Of a stretch of 32,000 nt of DNA, positions 17,055 to 25,818 are shown one piece after another (position 1 is the first letter of the stretch; each line of letters begins with the position of its first letter). The stretch lies in assembly GCF_000018105.1 (NCBI RefSeq), contig NC_009925.1, forward strand, positions 120,001-152,000. The letters run 5' to 3'. The notes beneath the pieces are model-generated. The model was not told the DNA's origin. It made no database searches and saw nothing but the letters and a program-made list of their open reading frames with translations. Both the position numbers and the translations under genes were made by a program. This DNA is from Acaryochloris marina MBIC11017. GTDB lineage: Bacteria > Cyanobacteriota > Cyanobacteriia > Thermosynechococcales > Thermosynechococcaceae.

Positions 17055-17259
17055 AGTAAAACCCTAAGATACCGGCAAAAGGACCGAGAGGAGTATTTTA
17101 GATGGGATAGATTGCTTATGCTGTTCATTACACAATTAAACGAATTCTTTCGCCCTCTTTTATTATCCTTTGCAAGCTTGAATTAAAGTTGTCAGCCTTA
17201 TAAAAGCTTAGGGGTACCATCGCAAGAAGACCGAGAACCGTTTAGGCCAAGGGGAGACT

Positions 17260-18318
17260 ATGCAAACCATTCTTGCTGGGGATATTGGAGGCACTAAAAC
17301 CATTCTGCGCCTCGTCAAAGCAGAACCGTCGCTGTCCCACCCCTCCATTCCCCAGCTGACAACCTTATCTGAGCGGACTTATCCAAGCCAAGACTTTCCA
17401 GACTTAAGTCCTATGATTGAGCAGTTTCTGGCTCAATTCGATGCAGGAACGGCCACCCAGGCAGCCTGTTTTGGTATTGCTGGCCCTGTGGTCGATGATA
17501 CGTCAGAACTCACCAACTTATCTTGGTCTCTAAATGCTCGTCGTCTGGAGTCAGAGTTTGGCATCAACCGTGTTGCCCTGATCAATGACTTTGCTTCAGT
17601 AGGGTATGGCATTTTGGGCTTAGGAGAGCAGGATATTGCGACACTGCAGGCAGTCCCTGCAAACCCGAAAGCCCCCATTGCCGTCATTGGTGCCGGTACT
17701 GGATTAGGAGAGGGATTCTTAATGCCGAATACTAAAGGCTATCAAGTCTTTCCCAGTGAAGGGGGGCATGCAGATTTTGCACCCCGCACACCGATCGAGT
17801 TTCAGCTGCTCGATTTCTTGCGAGAGGAGATGAAGCTAGACCGGGTTTCCGTAGAACGAGTCGTGTCCGGCAAGGGGATAGTCTCGGTCTATCGATTTCT
17901 ACGCAGTTTAGGGCAACATCCAGAGTCATCTGAGATTGCTCAAGTCTTTCAGGCTTGGGAGAAAAGAGAGGGCACAGCCGAAAATTTAGTTGATCCGGCA
18001 GCTGCGATCGCACAAGCCGCCTTGCAGAAAACGGATCCCCTTTGCCAGCAAACCTTAACCCTCTTTGTCGAAGCCTACGGAGCCGAAGCCGGGAATCTGG
18101 CCTTAAAACTGTTGCCCTATGGGGGACTGTATATTGCCGGGGGGGTAGCCGCCAAAATTTTGCCTTTATTGCAGACAGGCGCATTCCTTAAAACATTTCA
18201 GACGAAGGGACGGGTTAGTCCTCTCCTTCATAAAGTCCCCATTCATGTCGTACTCAATCCCAAAGTAGGGCTCATGGGTTCCGCTATTTATGCAGCCCAG
18301 CTCTCAGCAGATTCTTAG
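17260..18318 (+). CDS. glk: glucokinase
   Basis: 352 aa with an N-terminal ILAGDIGGTKT phosphate-binding motif. The length and pattern are those of bacterial Glk. Confidence 0.9.
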   Translation: MQTILAGDIGGTKTILRLVKAEPSLSHPSIPQLTTLSERTYPSQDFPDLSPMIEQFLAQFDAGTATQAACFGIAGPVVDDTSELTNLSWSLNARRLESEFGINRVALINDFASVGYGILGLGEQDIATLQAVPANPKAPIAVIGAGTGLGEGFLMPNTKGYQVFPSEGGHADFAPRTPIEFQLLDFLREEMKLDRVSVERVVSGKGIVSVYRFLRSLGQHPESSEIAQVFQAWEKREGTAENLVDPAAAIAQAALQKTDPLCQQTLTLFVEAYGAEAGNLALKLLPYGGLYIAGGVAAKILPLLQTGAFLKTFQTKGRVSPLLHKVPIHVVLNPKVGLMGSAIYAAQLSADS

Positions 18319-18413
18319 AATTTATCCGCATAATGGTTGCGTTGATTTCGACTGATCTGGGACAGAGTTTTTCGTTTCTATCCCCATCTAATCCTGAGGA
18401 GTTTTAGCAGCCC

Positions 18414-19961
18414 ATGACACAATCTTCGTTCTCTGGTGTGAACATCCCTCCCATGGATGTTCATAATCGCAAGCTAGTGAATAACGTTCATCCGCCTGAT
18501 TGGGTGAATCCTACTCCAGTTGAATGTTATGACCTTGTTGTGATTGGCTCAGGAACGGCGGGGTTAGTCACCGCTAAGGGAGCAGCGGGTTTAGGGGTTG
18601 GCCTTAAGGTCGCCCTAATTGAAAAGCATCTGATGGGGGGAGATTGTTTAAATGTGGGCTGTGTGCCTTCTAAATGCCTGATTCGCTCCGCCCGAGTCGT
18701 TGCTGATATGCGGGATGCTCAACCCTATGGGATTCAGCCGCCTGCCCAGATAGATGTCGACTTTCAAGTCGTCATGGAGCGGATGCGCGAGGTTCGCGCC
18801 CGGATTAGCCCTGTAGACTCTGCTGCTGCTGCTGCGAAGTCTGGGGTGGATATGTATTTAGGAGAGGGCAAATTCACAGGCCCCAATACCGTATCGGTTG
18901 ATGGCAGAACTCTGCGGTTTAAAAAAGCTGTAATCACCACAGGGGCAAGGGCGGTTCGCCCTCGGATTGAGGGAATTGAAGAAGTCGGGTATCTTACCAA
19001 CGAAACGGTGTTCTCCTTAACGGAGTTACCCCAGCGCCTCGCCGTCATTGGGGGTGGTCCCATTGGTTGTGAACTGGCCCAATCCTTTCATCGCCTTGGT
19101 AGTCAGGTGGTGCTCTTCCATCGAGGGGCTCATCTGATGAGTAAAGAAGATGCTGATGCGGCAGAAATTGTCCAGCAAGCCTTTTTAAAAGAAGGCATTA
19201 AGCTGGTGTTGGCTTGTCAGATGAAGCGGGTCGAACGCACGCCTTCAGGCAAAGTGATTCACTTTGTCTGTGATGGTCGAGAAGAATCCGTGGTGGTTGA
19301 TGAAATCTTGGCGGGGGCAGGTCGTGCTCCCAATGTCGATGGCTTAAATCTGGAGGCAGTAGGGGTTGAATATGACAGTCGCAAGGGCGTTGCTGTCAAC
19401 GACTACCTGCAAACGACAAATCCCAAAATCTATGCAGCCGGGGATATCTGTATGAACTGGAAGTTTACCCATGCTGCCGATGCTGCTGCCCGCATCGTCC
19501 TTAAAAACACCTTATTTTCGCCTTTTGGTATTGGCAAATATAAACTCAGTGATTTGGTGATGCCCTGGGTGACGTTCACGGATCCTGAAATTGCCCATGT
19601 TGGTTTGTATGAGGGAGAAGCCCAGGACCGAGGTATGGATGTCAACACCATAAAAATTCTGTTTGACGATGTGGATCGAGCCCTTGCTGATGGGGAGGAA
19701 GAGGGCTTTGTCAAAATCCACCTTGCTAAAGGATCAGACAAAATCATCGGAGCCACCATCGTTGCCCGTCACGCAGGCGAAATGATCAGCGAAATTACCA
19801 CGGCCATGGTTGGCAAAGTGGGATTAGGCAGTATGGCGAGCGTGATTCACCCCTATCCCACCCAGGCCGCAGCCATCAAACAGGCCGCAGATGCCTACCG
19901 TCGCACCTTACTAACGCCCAAAACCATTAAGTTCTTGGGACTGTTGACCAAGCTGTCCTAG
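18414..19961 (+). CDS. class I pyridine nucleotide-disulfide oxidoreductase (MerA/dihydrolipoamide-dehydrogenase-like)
   Basis: The FAD motif is VVIGSGTAGL, the redox disulfide is GGDCLNVGCVPSK, and the NAD(P) motif is VIGGGPIGCE. There is no N-terminal metal-binding domain and no C-terminal Cys pair, so it is probably not a true mercuric reductase. Confidence 0.85.
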   Translation: MTQSSFSGVNIPPMDVHNRKLVNNVHPPDWVNPTPVECYDLVVIGSGTAGLVTAKGAAGLGVGLKVALIEKHLMGGDCLNVGCVPSKCLIRSARVVADMRDAQPYGIQPPAQIDVDFQVVMERMREVRARISPVDSAAAAAKSGVDMYLGEGKFTGPNTVSVDGRTLRFKKAVITTGARAVRPRIEGIEEVGYLTNETVFSLTELPQRLAVIGGGPIGCELAQSFHRLGSQVVLFHRGAHLMSKEDADAAEIVQQAFLKEGIKLVLACQMKRVERTPSGKVIHFVCDGREESVVVDEILAGAGRAPNVDGLNLEAVGVEYDSRKGVAVNDYLQTTNPKIYAAGDICMNWKFTHAADAAARIVLKNTLFSPFGIGKYKLSDLVMPWVTFTDPEIAHVGLYEGEAQDRGMDVNTIKILFDDVDRALADGEEEGFVKIHLAKGSDKIIGATIVARHAGEMISEITTAMVGKVGLGSMASVIHPYPTQAAAIKQAADAYRRTLLTPKTIKFLGLLTKLS

Positions 19962-20062
19962 TCGCCAGCTCAAGAACTCCAAAAATATTTGGCGCGTTCT
20001 TCTGTCCAGTTACAACTGGGCAGTATGTTTGGATGTTGTTATCTGTAACAAGGAAGACCTGA

Positions 20063-21742
20063 ATGTCCTTAGCATTAGATTGCGATCGCAAGTGGTGGCA
20101 CGGGGGAGTAATTTACCAGATCTATCCCCTGACCTTTGCGGATGGGAATGGGGATGGGGTAGGTGATTTACGGGGAATTATTCAACGACTGGATTACCTA
20201 AACGATGGTGACCCGGATAAAACGGCTGACTTGGGCGTCGACGCCATTTGGCTGTCTCCCGTTAATCAGTCACCGATGGTGGATAACGGCTACGATATCA
20301 GCGACTACCGAGATATTTGCCCCATCTTTGGCACCTTAGCAGAATTCAAAGAACTGCTAGAGCAATGCCATATCCGAGGGATCCGGGTAATTATGGATAT
20401 GGTACTGAACCATACCTCTAATCAGCATCCTTGGTTTATCGAATCCAGCGCTAGCCGGGACAATCCCAAAAGCGATTGGTACCTCTGGCAAGATCCAGGC
20501 TATAAGGACGGGCTTCCCAATAACTGGTTATCCTATTTTGGCGGGTCGGGCTGGACCTTTAATGAAGACCGTCAACAATATTACTTTCACGTTTTTAATG
20601 AAAACCAACCTGACTTAAATTGGCGCAATCCTGAGGTGAAGGCCGCCATTTATGACATGCTGCGCTATTGGCTTGATATGGGGGTTGATGGCTTTCGCCT
20701 AGATGCGTCTAGTGTCTATAGCAAGGACCAATATTATCGGGATAACCCCGTCAAATTCGGGGCAACGGATAAGAATGCCTACTATAACCAGGATCACCTC
20801 TACGACAAAGATCTGCCCGATAACCATGGAATTATTCGGGAAATTCGTGCTCTGATGGACGAGTACGAAGACCGGGTCCTGATTGGTGAAACTTTTATCG
20901 ACAGTCGTTTATATGACTCCAATAGCTTTTATGGGGTCAATAATGATGAGCTGCATCTTCCCTTTGCCTTCGAATTCCCCTTTAGTCCTTGGTATCCCGG
21001 TTATTTACAACGGGAAATCGAAAAGAAGGAGCGCATTACCCCGGCTGGGGCTTGGCCCACTTATTTTCTGGATAACCACGATTTACCCCGCCATTTATCT
21101 CGCTGGATTGAATGTGCTTTATGCACGAACCCCACGGAAATTGCTAAAGCCGCAGCCACTCTGCTGTTAACAGTGCGGGGGACGCCTGTACTGTACTACG
21201 GTCAAGAAATTGGCATGGTAGATAACCAAGATATCCCCCCGGAGCTACAGCGAGATCAAGCTGTGGTGGCTAGCCCCACGGGAGAGTTGCCTCCCAACCG
21301 AGATGGCTCCCGCACCCCGATGCAATGGGACGCGTCTGCGAATGCTGGATTTAGCTTTGGCAAGGAGGTTACCCCTTGGCTCCCGGTTCATGCCAACTAT
21401 CAGGAAGTCAATGTCGAAACCACCTTAAAAGATGATGCATCGATTTTGAACTTCTATCGCAAGTTACTCTACGTGCGGGCGCAAAGTGAGGCGCTTCGGT
21501 TTGGTAGTTGGCGAACGCTGATTCATTACCCCTACGAGCATATGGCCTATATGCGAGAAACGGCCTCTGAGCAGGTGCTGATCTTGATCAATTTCGCCTA
21601 TGAGAAGCCCCTAGAACTAGATAAGCCGATCACCAAAGGGGGTTGGACGGTTTTAGCTTCCAACAAATGGGAGTCGGGTAAAACCTTGGCACTTCCTGAG
21701 AATTTGCAATCCTTTGAAATTGATGTGTTGAGGAAAGCATAA
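20063..21742 (+). CDS. GH13 alpha-glucosidase / oligo-1,6-glucosidase family protein
   Basis: GH13 regions are present: DAIWLSP, DMVLNHTS, GVDGFRLDA (nucleophile), IGETF (acid/base) and FLDNHD. Confidence 0.9.
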   Translation: MSLALDCDRKWWHGGVIYQIYPLTFADGNGDGVGDLRGIIQRLDYLNDGDPDKTADLGVDAIWLSPVNQSPMVDNGYDISDYRDICPIFGTLAEFKELLEQCHIRGIRVIMDMVLNHTSNQHPWFIESSASRDNPKSDWYLWQDPGYKDGLPNNWLSYFGGSGWTFNEDRQQYYFHVFNENQPDLNWRNPEVKAAIYDMLRYWLDMGVDGFRLDASSVYSKDQYYRDNPVKFGATDKNAYYNQDHLYDKDLPDNHGIIREIRALMDEYEDRVLIGETFIDSRLYDSNSFYGVNNDELHLPFAFEFPFSPWYPGYLQREIEKKERITPAGAWPTYFLDNHDLPRHLSRWIECALCTNPTEIAKAAATLLLTVRGTPVLYYGQEIGMVDNQDIPPELQRDQAVVASPTGELPPNRDGSRTPMQWDASANAGFSFGKEVTPWLPVHANYQEVNVETTLKDDASILNFYRKLLYVRAQSEALRFGSWRTLIHYPYEHMAYMRETASEQVLILINFAYEKPLELDKPITKGGWTVLASNKWESGKTLALPENLQSFEIDVLRKA

Positions 21743-22245
21743 AGCTTAGGTGAATATTTCAAAATGATGCGAATATTTCAGTCCAACCACTATCTGCATA
21801 AGTGCGATCGCAAGCTGCAAAAAAAGAAGATATAGCATCTAGAATCATTACATTGCAAATAGTTTTTTTAGGTATTGTGCGTGTCAGGCTTGGTTCGCAC
21901 AACATCACGGACTTGCTCAAGGAGTTTGCGGGGTGGCATAGAATGCTTGATAACAACCGATATTAGGACTTATACGGTTATTTTGCCCATTAACATTCTT
22001 CATTACTGCATGACAAATATGCTGTGAACGCCTTTTCTATATTATTTTCAGGTAATCAACGATAAGTTTGCATATCGGGAAATTTCCGTAATACGTACTC
22101 TTTCTGCTGTGGTGCTGATGTAGAGAAGGTTTGGCTTTTAAAAAGCAGACAAACTGTTAATCTATTTCATGTTAAGAGGAAATTTGCCTTTTAATTATAG
22201 TTATGTCGACTAATGGACTCCACCTAATATTCAGATGGTACTGAA

Positions 22246-23259
22246 TTGAGCAACTATCGATTTTCACACGCACAGAAGTACGCCATTTGGCTTAGACATG
22301 GGAAACGTTGCTACGTATGCACAGAGCCTTTGCGGTTAGTCGAAGTCACGATTGACCATGTGATCCCAGAGCGACTTCTGAATGATGATGTTGAAAGAGA
22401 CCGTGTCTTTGGAGAATACGGATTGGACGGTTCGACTTTTCAGATAAATGGTTATGAGAATTGGCTTCCTGCGCACTATCGCTGCAACCAGGAAAAGTCC
22501 GGTAGTATTTTTGAGTTTGTTCCGGCAATAAAGCTGCGTTTGTCGAGACTCAGTAAGTTAGGCCCATCTGTTCAAAAAACTGCAGAAAGGGTGTTGGCCG
22601 ATGCACGAACGCAACGTGCACTGGCTAATGTTCTCGATGCTGTGGCGACAGGAAACCTGACTAATGAAGAACGAGAGACACTGCTCGCAGAGTTGCGCGA
22701 CGTCGGCACTGCCGACACAGATGTGATTGAGAGCGAGTTACTTGTCCGGCCGAACCCAAGCGCGGAAAGACTGCAAATACTTGCAGCAGAGTTCGAATCG
22801 CTGGAAGAATTCAAGAGGTCATTGTATTCGATTTCCTTGCAAATCAATGAATCGGATGAGGGTGACACTTCAAGGCGTGTTGGTGAGTTTCTTTCTGGAA
22901 AGATTAACCTTGCGCATTTGTACTCACACTACCTCCCTCCGAACGTGCGAAACGCAATTAATGCCGGATCTGATGCGCAGATGAGAGTACAGCAGACGCG
23001 CATGGCTGGAAAAGTCCCCGCGGGCTACGAGGATCGAGGGCTCCCGATTCAGTTCACAACTGACGCAGAACAAAAGATCATTAGCAACGCGGCTGTCAAA
23101 TGGGGAGTGTCCGAACAAGAAGCAGAAAGTGTCTATCGTGTAATTGCGTTGCTCGTTCAAGAATGTCAGACCGCAATGCAGGATGCGCTTCGTCTGGTCC
23201 ATGAAGCACTGGACAATCGACTCATTGCAATCCGGGCAGAACGCAACGAAATTATTTAG
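22246..23259 (+). CDS. HNH endonuclease domain protein with an uncharacterised roughly 240-aa C-terminal region
   Basis: 337 aa with a TTG start. The HNH/zinc-finger core is CYVC...TIDHVIPERLL...NWLPAHYRCNQEKS, all within the first 85 aa or so. The rest is helical and I recognised no motif in it. Confidence 0.7.
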   Translation: MSNYRFSHAQKYAIWLRHGKRCYVCTEPLRLVEVTIDHVIPERLLNDDVERDRVFGEYGLDGSTFQINGYENWLPAHYRCNQEKSGSIFEFVPAIKLRLSRLSKLGPSVQKTAERVLADARTQRALANVLDAVATGNLTNEERETLLAELRDVGTADTDVIESELLVRPNPSAERLQILAAEFESLEEFKRSLYSISLQINESDEGDTSRRVGEFLSGKINLAHLYSHYLPPNVRNAINAGSDAQMRVQQTRMAGKVPAGYEDRGLPIQFTTDAEQKIISNAAVKWGVSEQEAESVYRVIALLVQECQTAMQDALRLVHEALDNRLIAIRAERNEII

Positions 23260-23438
23260 GATTTAAGGTATAAGCCGTATTTCGTAGATGGTCTTGGCTC
23301 GTGTGATGTCGGCATAACTATGGGTTGAACCGGAGCCTCAAAACTGCGTTTCTTATACTATTGTCTTTTTTCCCGGCCCGGTTAACTCAAACATTTGACG
23401 CATTTTTTCTTGTATACTTTCCATCTGAATGGAAGAAA

Positions 23439-24746
23439 CTATTGCTCTGAGGTTTCTCTGGGTAAGGGTTTTGCGGGTGGTGTGATGTTGCGATCGCACA
23501 AGAATTGATCCACTCGATCCAAAAAGGCCATATCCTCCTTCGGAAAGTTCACAGAAATCGGTTGTTTTTTCGCAAACCATCCCCGTTGGGGAGGGGGTGC
23601 AGACCGCAAAAAGTCAAAGGCCTGATTAAACTTTTGAGGCGTGGTCATCACGGGTGCATCCAAATGGCAGGGAATAATGCGGCGAAAATTCCATTGCGCC
23701 ACTCGATCCGCCCACTGGAGTACCACTTCTGGATTACGATTAAAAATCAATTTTCGCAGAATAGGTGCAACAACCGGATTCCCATCCTGGCGAAACGTAT
23801 CGAAGGCTCGTTTCCAGTCTGGATGCCACTGCACGGGGAACAAGCCAAAATAAGCTTTCTTAGATCGATCAGGAGCTTGTCGAGCATCCTTAAAAGTTTG
23901 TTTGGTGTTGACAACGTCCAACACGCTCGGCTGGAAATAAAAGGCAAAAAGCGCCATCCGTTGCCACCCTTTGCGGCGAATTGTTGGTGTATCTTCAACC
24001 ACATCAAAGGCATTATCTTTGGCATGGAACAGCATTGGATAGGGCGCAAACTGCAATACCTGAGGCGGGTTGACAGGAATAGAAACAATTGAATCTGTGA
24101 TCAATAGGGTTTTGGTTGGTTTGTGATAGAGAGCGACTTCTTCAAATGGCCCAAGACCTAAATCCACTGGTCCTAAAATGGCATAGTCAAATTCATCAGC
24201 GAAGGGCGTGTCAGCACTATTGGCCGGCAGTTTTTGAGTTTGACGTCCAGAAAGCCCCAGCCAGCTCAGGGGGATATTCAGAGGAAATGTCCACTGGCTG
24301 GGAGAGACAAAAACTTGAGCTTTGGGAAACCGTTTAGAGAACGGTCCTGTAAACACCTTATGCTCAATCCCGGACGCGGTCGGCAGGATGATGTATTTAA
24401 TCTCACCATGCTTTTCAATCAGGTCTTTGACCATCCGGATACATTCCCGCGTGGGGGCAACTGGCGCATAGACCAACAACCCTCCTGCCGCCAATTTAAT
24501 AACGGTCATCCGCACCGGAATAATCACATATAGAATGCCCTGGAGCTGCTCAAAGGTCCAAATTTTACCTTTGACAATCTCCCGACAGAGGGTACGGCGT
24601 TGCCCATAGGGATACAAGGGCACAAAAGGCCAATAGGGCCATGACCAATCCCTGGAGCGTTGGGGTTGTTTGGGTACTGATTGATTTTGTTCGCTTCTCT
24701 GGGTTGTTGCCACTACCACGCATCCACACTTCAATGATTGCAGCAA
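23439..24746 (-). CDS. DUF4336-like conserved protein
   Basis: 435 aa. IWTFEQLQG...VRMTVIKLAAGGLLVYAPVAPTRECIRMV...IKYIILPTASGIEHKVF matches my memory of the cyanobacterial/plant DUF4336 pattern. The true start may be internal. Confidence 0.6.
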   Translation of the reverse strand: MLQSLKCGCVVVATTQRSEQNQSVPKQPQRSRDWSWPYWPFVPLYPYGQRRTLCREIVKGKIWTFEQLQGILYVIIPVRMTVIKLAAGGLLVYAPVAPTRECIRMVKDLIEKHGEIKYIILPTASGIEHKVFTGPFSKRFPKAQVFVSPSQWTFPLNIPLSWLGLSGRQTQKLPANSADTPFADEFDYAILGPVDLGLGPFEEVALYHKPTKTLLITDSIVSIPVNPPQVLQFAPYPMLFHAKDNAFDVVEDTPTIRRKGWQRMALFAFYFQPSVLDVVNTKQTFKDARQAPDRSKKAYFGLFPVQWHPDWKRAFDTFRQDGNPVVAPILRKLIFNRNPEVVLQWADRVAQWNFRRIIPCHLDAPVMTTPQKFNQAFDFLRSAPPPQRGWFAKKQPISVNFPKEDMAFLDRVDQFLCDRNITPPAKPLPRETSEQ

Positions 24747-24876
24747 AGCGATCGTCTTTGCCTCAATTAAAGAGTGTAGACAAATCCCTGGCTAAAATGT
24801 TTGGCATCAAGAAATATTCTCTGGGTCAGCCGAGTTAGGCGACCTACCGATACAGACTATCTATTATGAACAGAAG

Positions 24877-25053
24877 CTAGGACTGCGGCCAATTTAGAGA
24901 AGGGTTGATAATTTGATTTTGCTCTTGGACGGGCAAAGGAGAACCAGGCAGCAGATTGGGCCAAGAATTTGACAGCCAAAATAGGGTAACCATGAGCATG
25001 ACAATCATCGTGGCATGACTGAATACAACGAGGGTCTTGAACTGACTATCCAT
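24877..25053 (-). CDS. possible 58-aa membrane mini-protein (below the ORF-track cutoff)
   Basis: My hand translation is MDSQFKTLVVFSHATMIVMLMVTLFWLSNSWPNLLPGSPLPVQEQNQIINPSLNWPQS*. It has one hydrophobic helix and no strong Shine-Dalgarno. Confidence 0.25.
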   Translation of the reverse strand: MDSQFKTLVVFSHATMIVMLMVTLFWLSNSWPNLLPGSPLPVQEQNQIINPSLNWPQS

Positions 25054-25363
25054 AATTGGGCCTCTCTCTGAAATGCTAAAGGTAGGCTGCCGACGTAGCG
25101 ATATGAGTCTACAGTGCCACAGGGAGATTCTAAACGGTCAGTTCTTTATATAAATCAAAGAAAAAAGGCCCCAAAAGTATATTTTAGAGCCATTAGCAGG
25201 TGATATCTGCATTAGAGGATTTATAGAAGCTTGCGCCCCTATGCCTATATATCGGTTAGCCCTGAAGCTTTTACGCAACTTTCGGAAAAGATTTAGAAAA
25301 AAGATTTTGGTCGTGCCTGAAAATGCTTACGCCCAAAGGATTTCATAAGATAAAAATTTATAC

Positions 25364-25390
25364 AGGAACTCAACATCAGTTCCTTTTCTC
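25364..25390 (+). terminator. terminator-like hairpin in the intergenic region
   Basis: The stem is AGGAACT / AGTTCCT (7-nt loop), followed by TTTTCTC. No annotated + strand gene ends upstream of it. Confidence 0.4.
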
Positions 25391-25467
25391 TGTTGCTAGC
25401 CCATTGAGAACTGCACCGAGAGCATTCAAGGTAGGATCAAAACCACTAGCGTTAAATCTTAGTCAAC

Positions 25468-25818
25468 ATGGCCAAGCGTTCTTCTTCCTCAGTCTCTGAT
25501 CAAGCTTCTTCTCCAGAGGATCAGGACTTTACGAATTCCATGCGCATTGTCGGTGGAGTCGGCTGGTCCAGCGTCATGACCTTAATCATTGGTATTGTCT
25601 TGGTGCTAATTCCTCAGTATCCAAGACCCTGGCTATGGTATGTCATCCCTTTGTGGGTTGCATTATCAGGATTGGGCGTCTTTTTACAATGGTCTGTTGC
25701 CAGAGGCCCCTGCCCAAAATGTGGTTTGGTTCAATCCGTACCCCCAACCTTGAAGCGCTGCCCCAACTGTCGCAGCTATCTGAAAGCAGTTGATCGAAAA
25801 ATCGTCAAAGTGGGCTAG
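25468..25818 (+). CDS. membrane protein with a C-terminal zinc-ribbon (hypothetical)
   Basis: 116 aa. There are two hydrophobic helices, then CPKCG...CPNC. Confidence 0.55.
   Translation: MAKRSSSSVSDQASSPEDQDFTNSMRIVGGVGWSSVMTLIIGIVLVLIPQYPRPWLWYVIPLWVALSGLGVFLQWSVARGPCPKCGLVQSVPPTLKRCPNCRSYLKAVDRKIVKVG

Noticed and set aside
22246-23259. A claim that the HNH gene is compositionally foreign
   Set aside because: My hand counts on three 60-nt blocks gave 48-62% G+C, which is not clearly different from host genes at about 50%. Only the upstream non-coding DNA is AT-rich, and that is normal for intergenic regions.
21966-23290. Possible inverted repeats flanking the HNH gene (CTTATACGGTTATTTT near 21970 versus GGTATAAGCCGTATTTCG near 23268)
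   Set aside because: Only a core of about 6-10 nt (ATACGG..TTAT) matches, and that needs an indel. This is too weak to define element boundaries.
23505-24533. Several + strand ORFs (195, 70, 73 and 99 aa) and a 113-aa minus-strand ORF inside the DUF4336-like gene
   Set aside because: All are alternative or antisense frames of a long conserved-looking CDS. Their Arg/Lys/Ile-rich composition is typical of spurious antisense ORFs.
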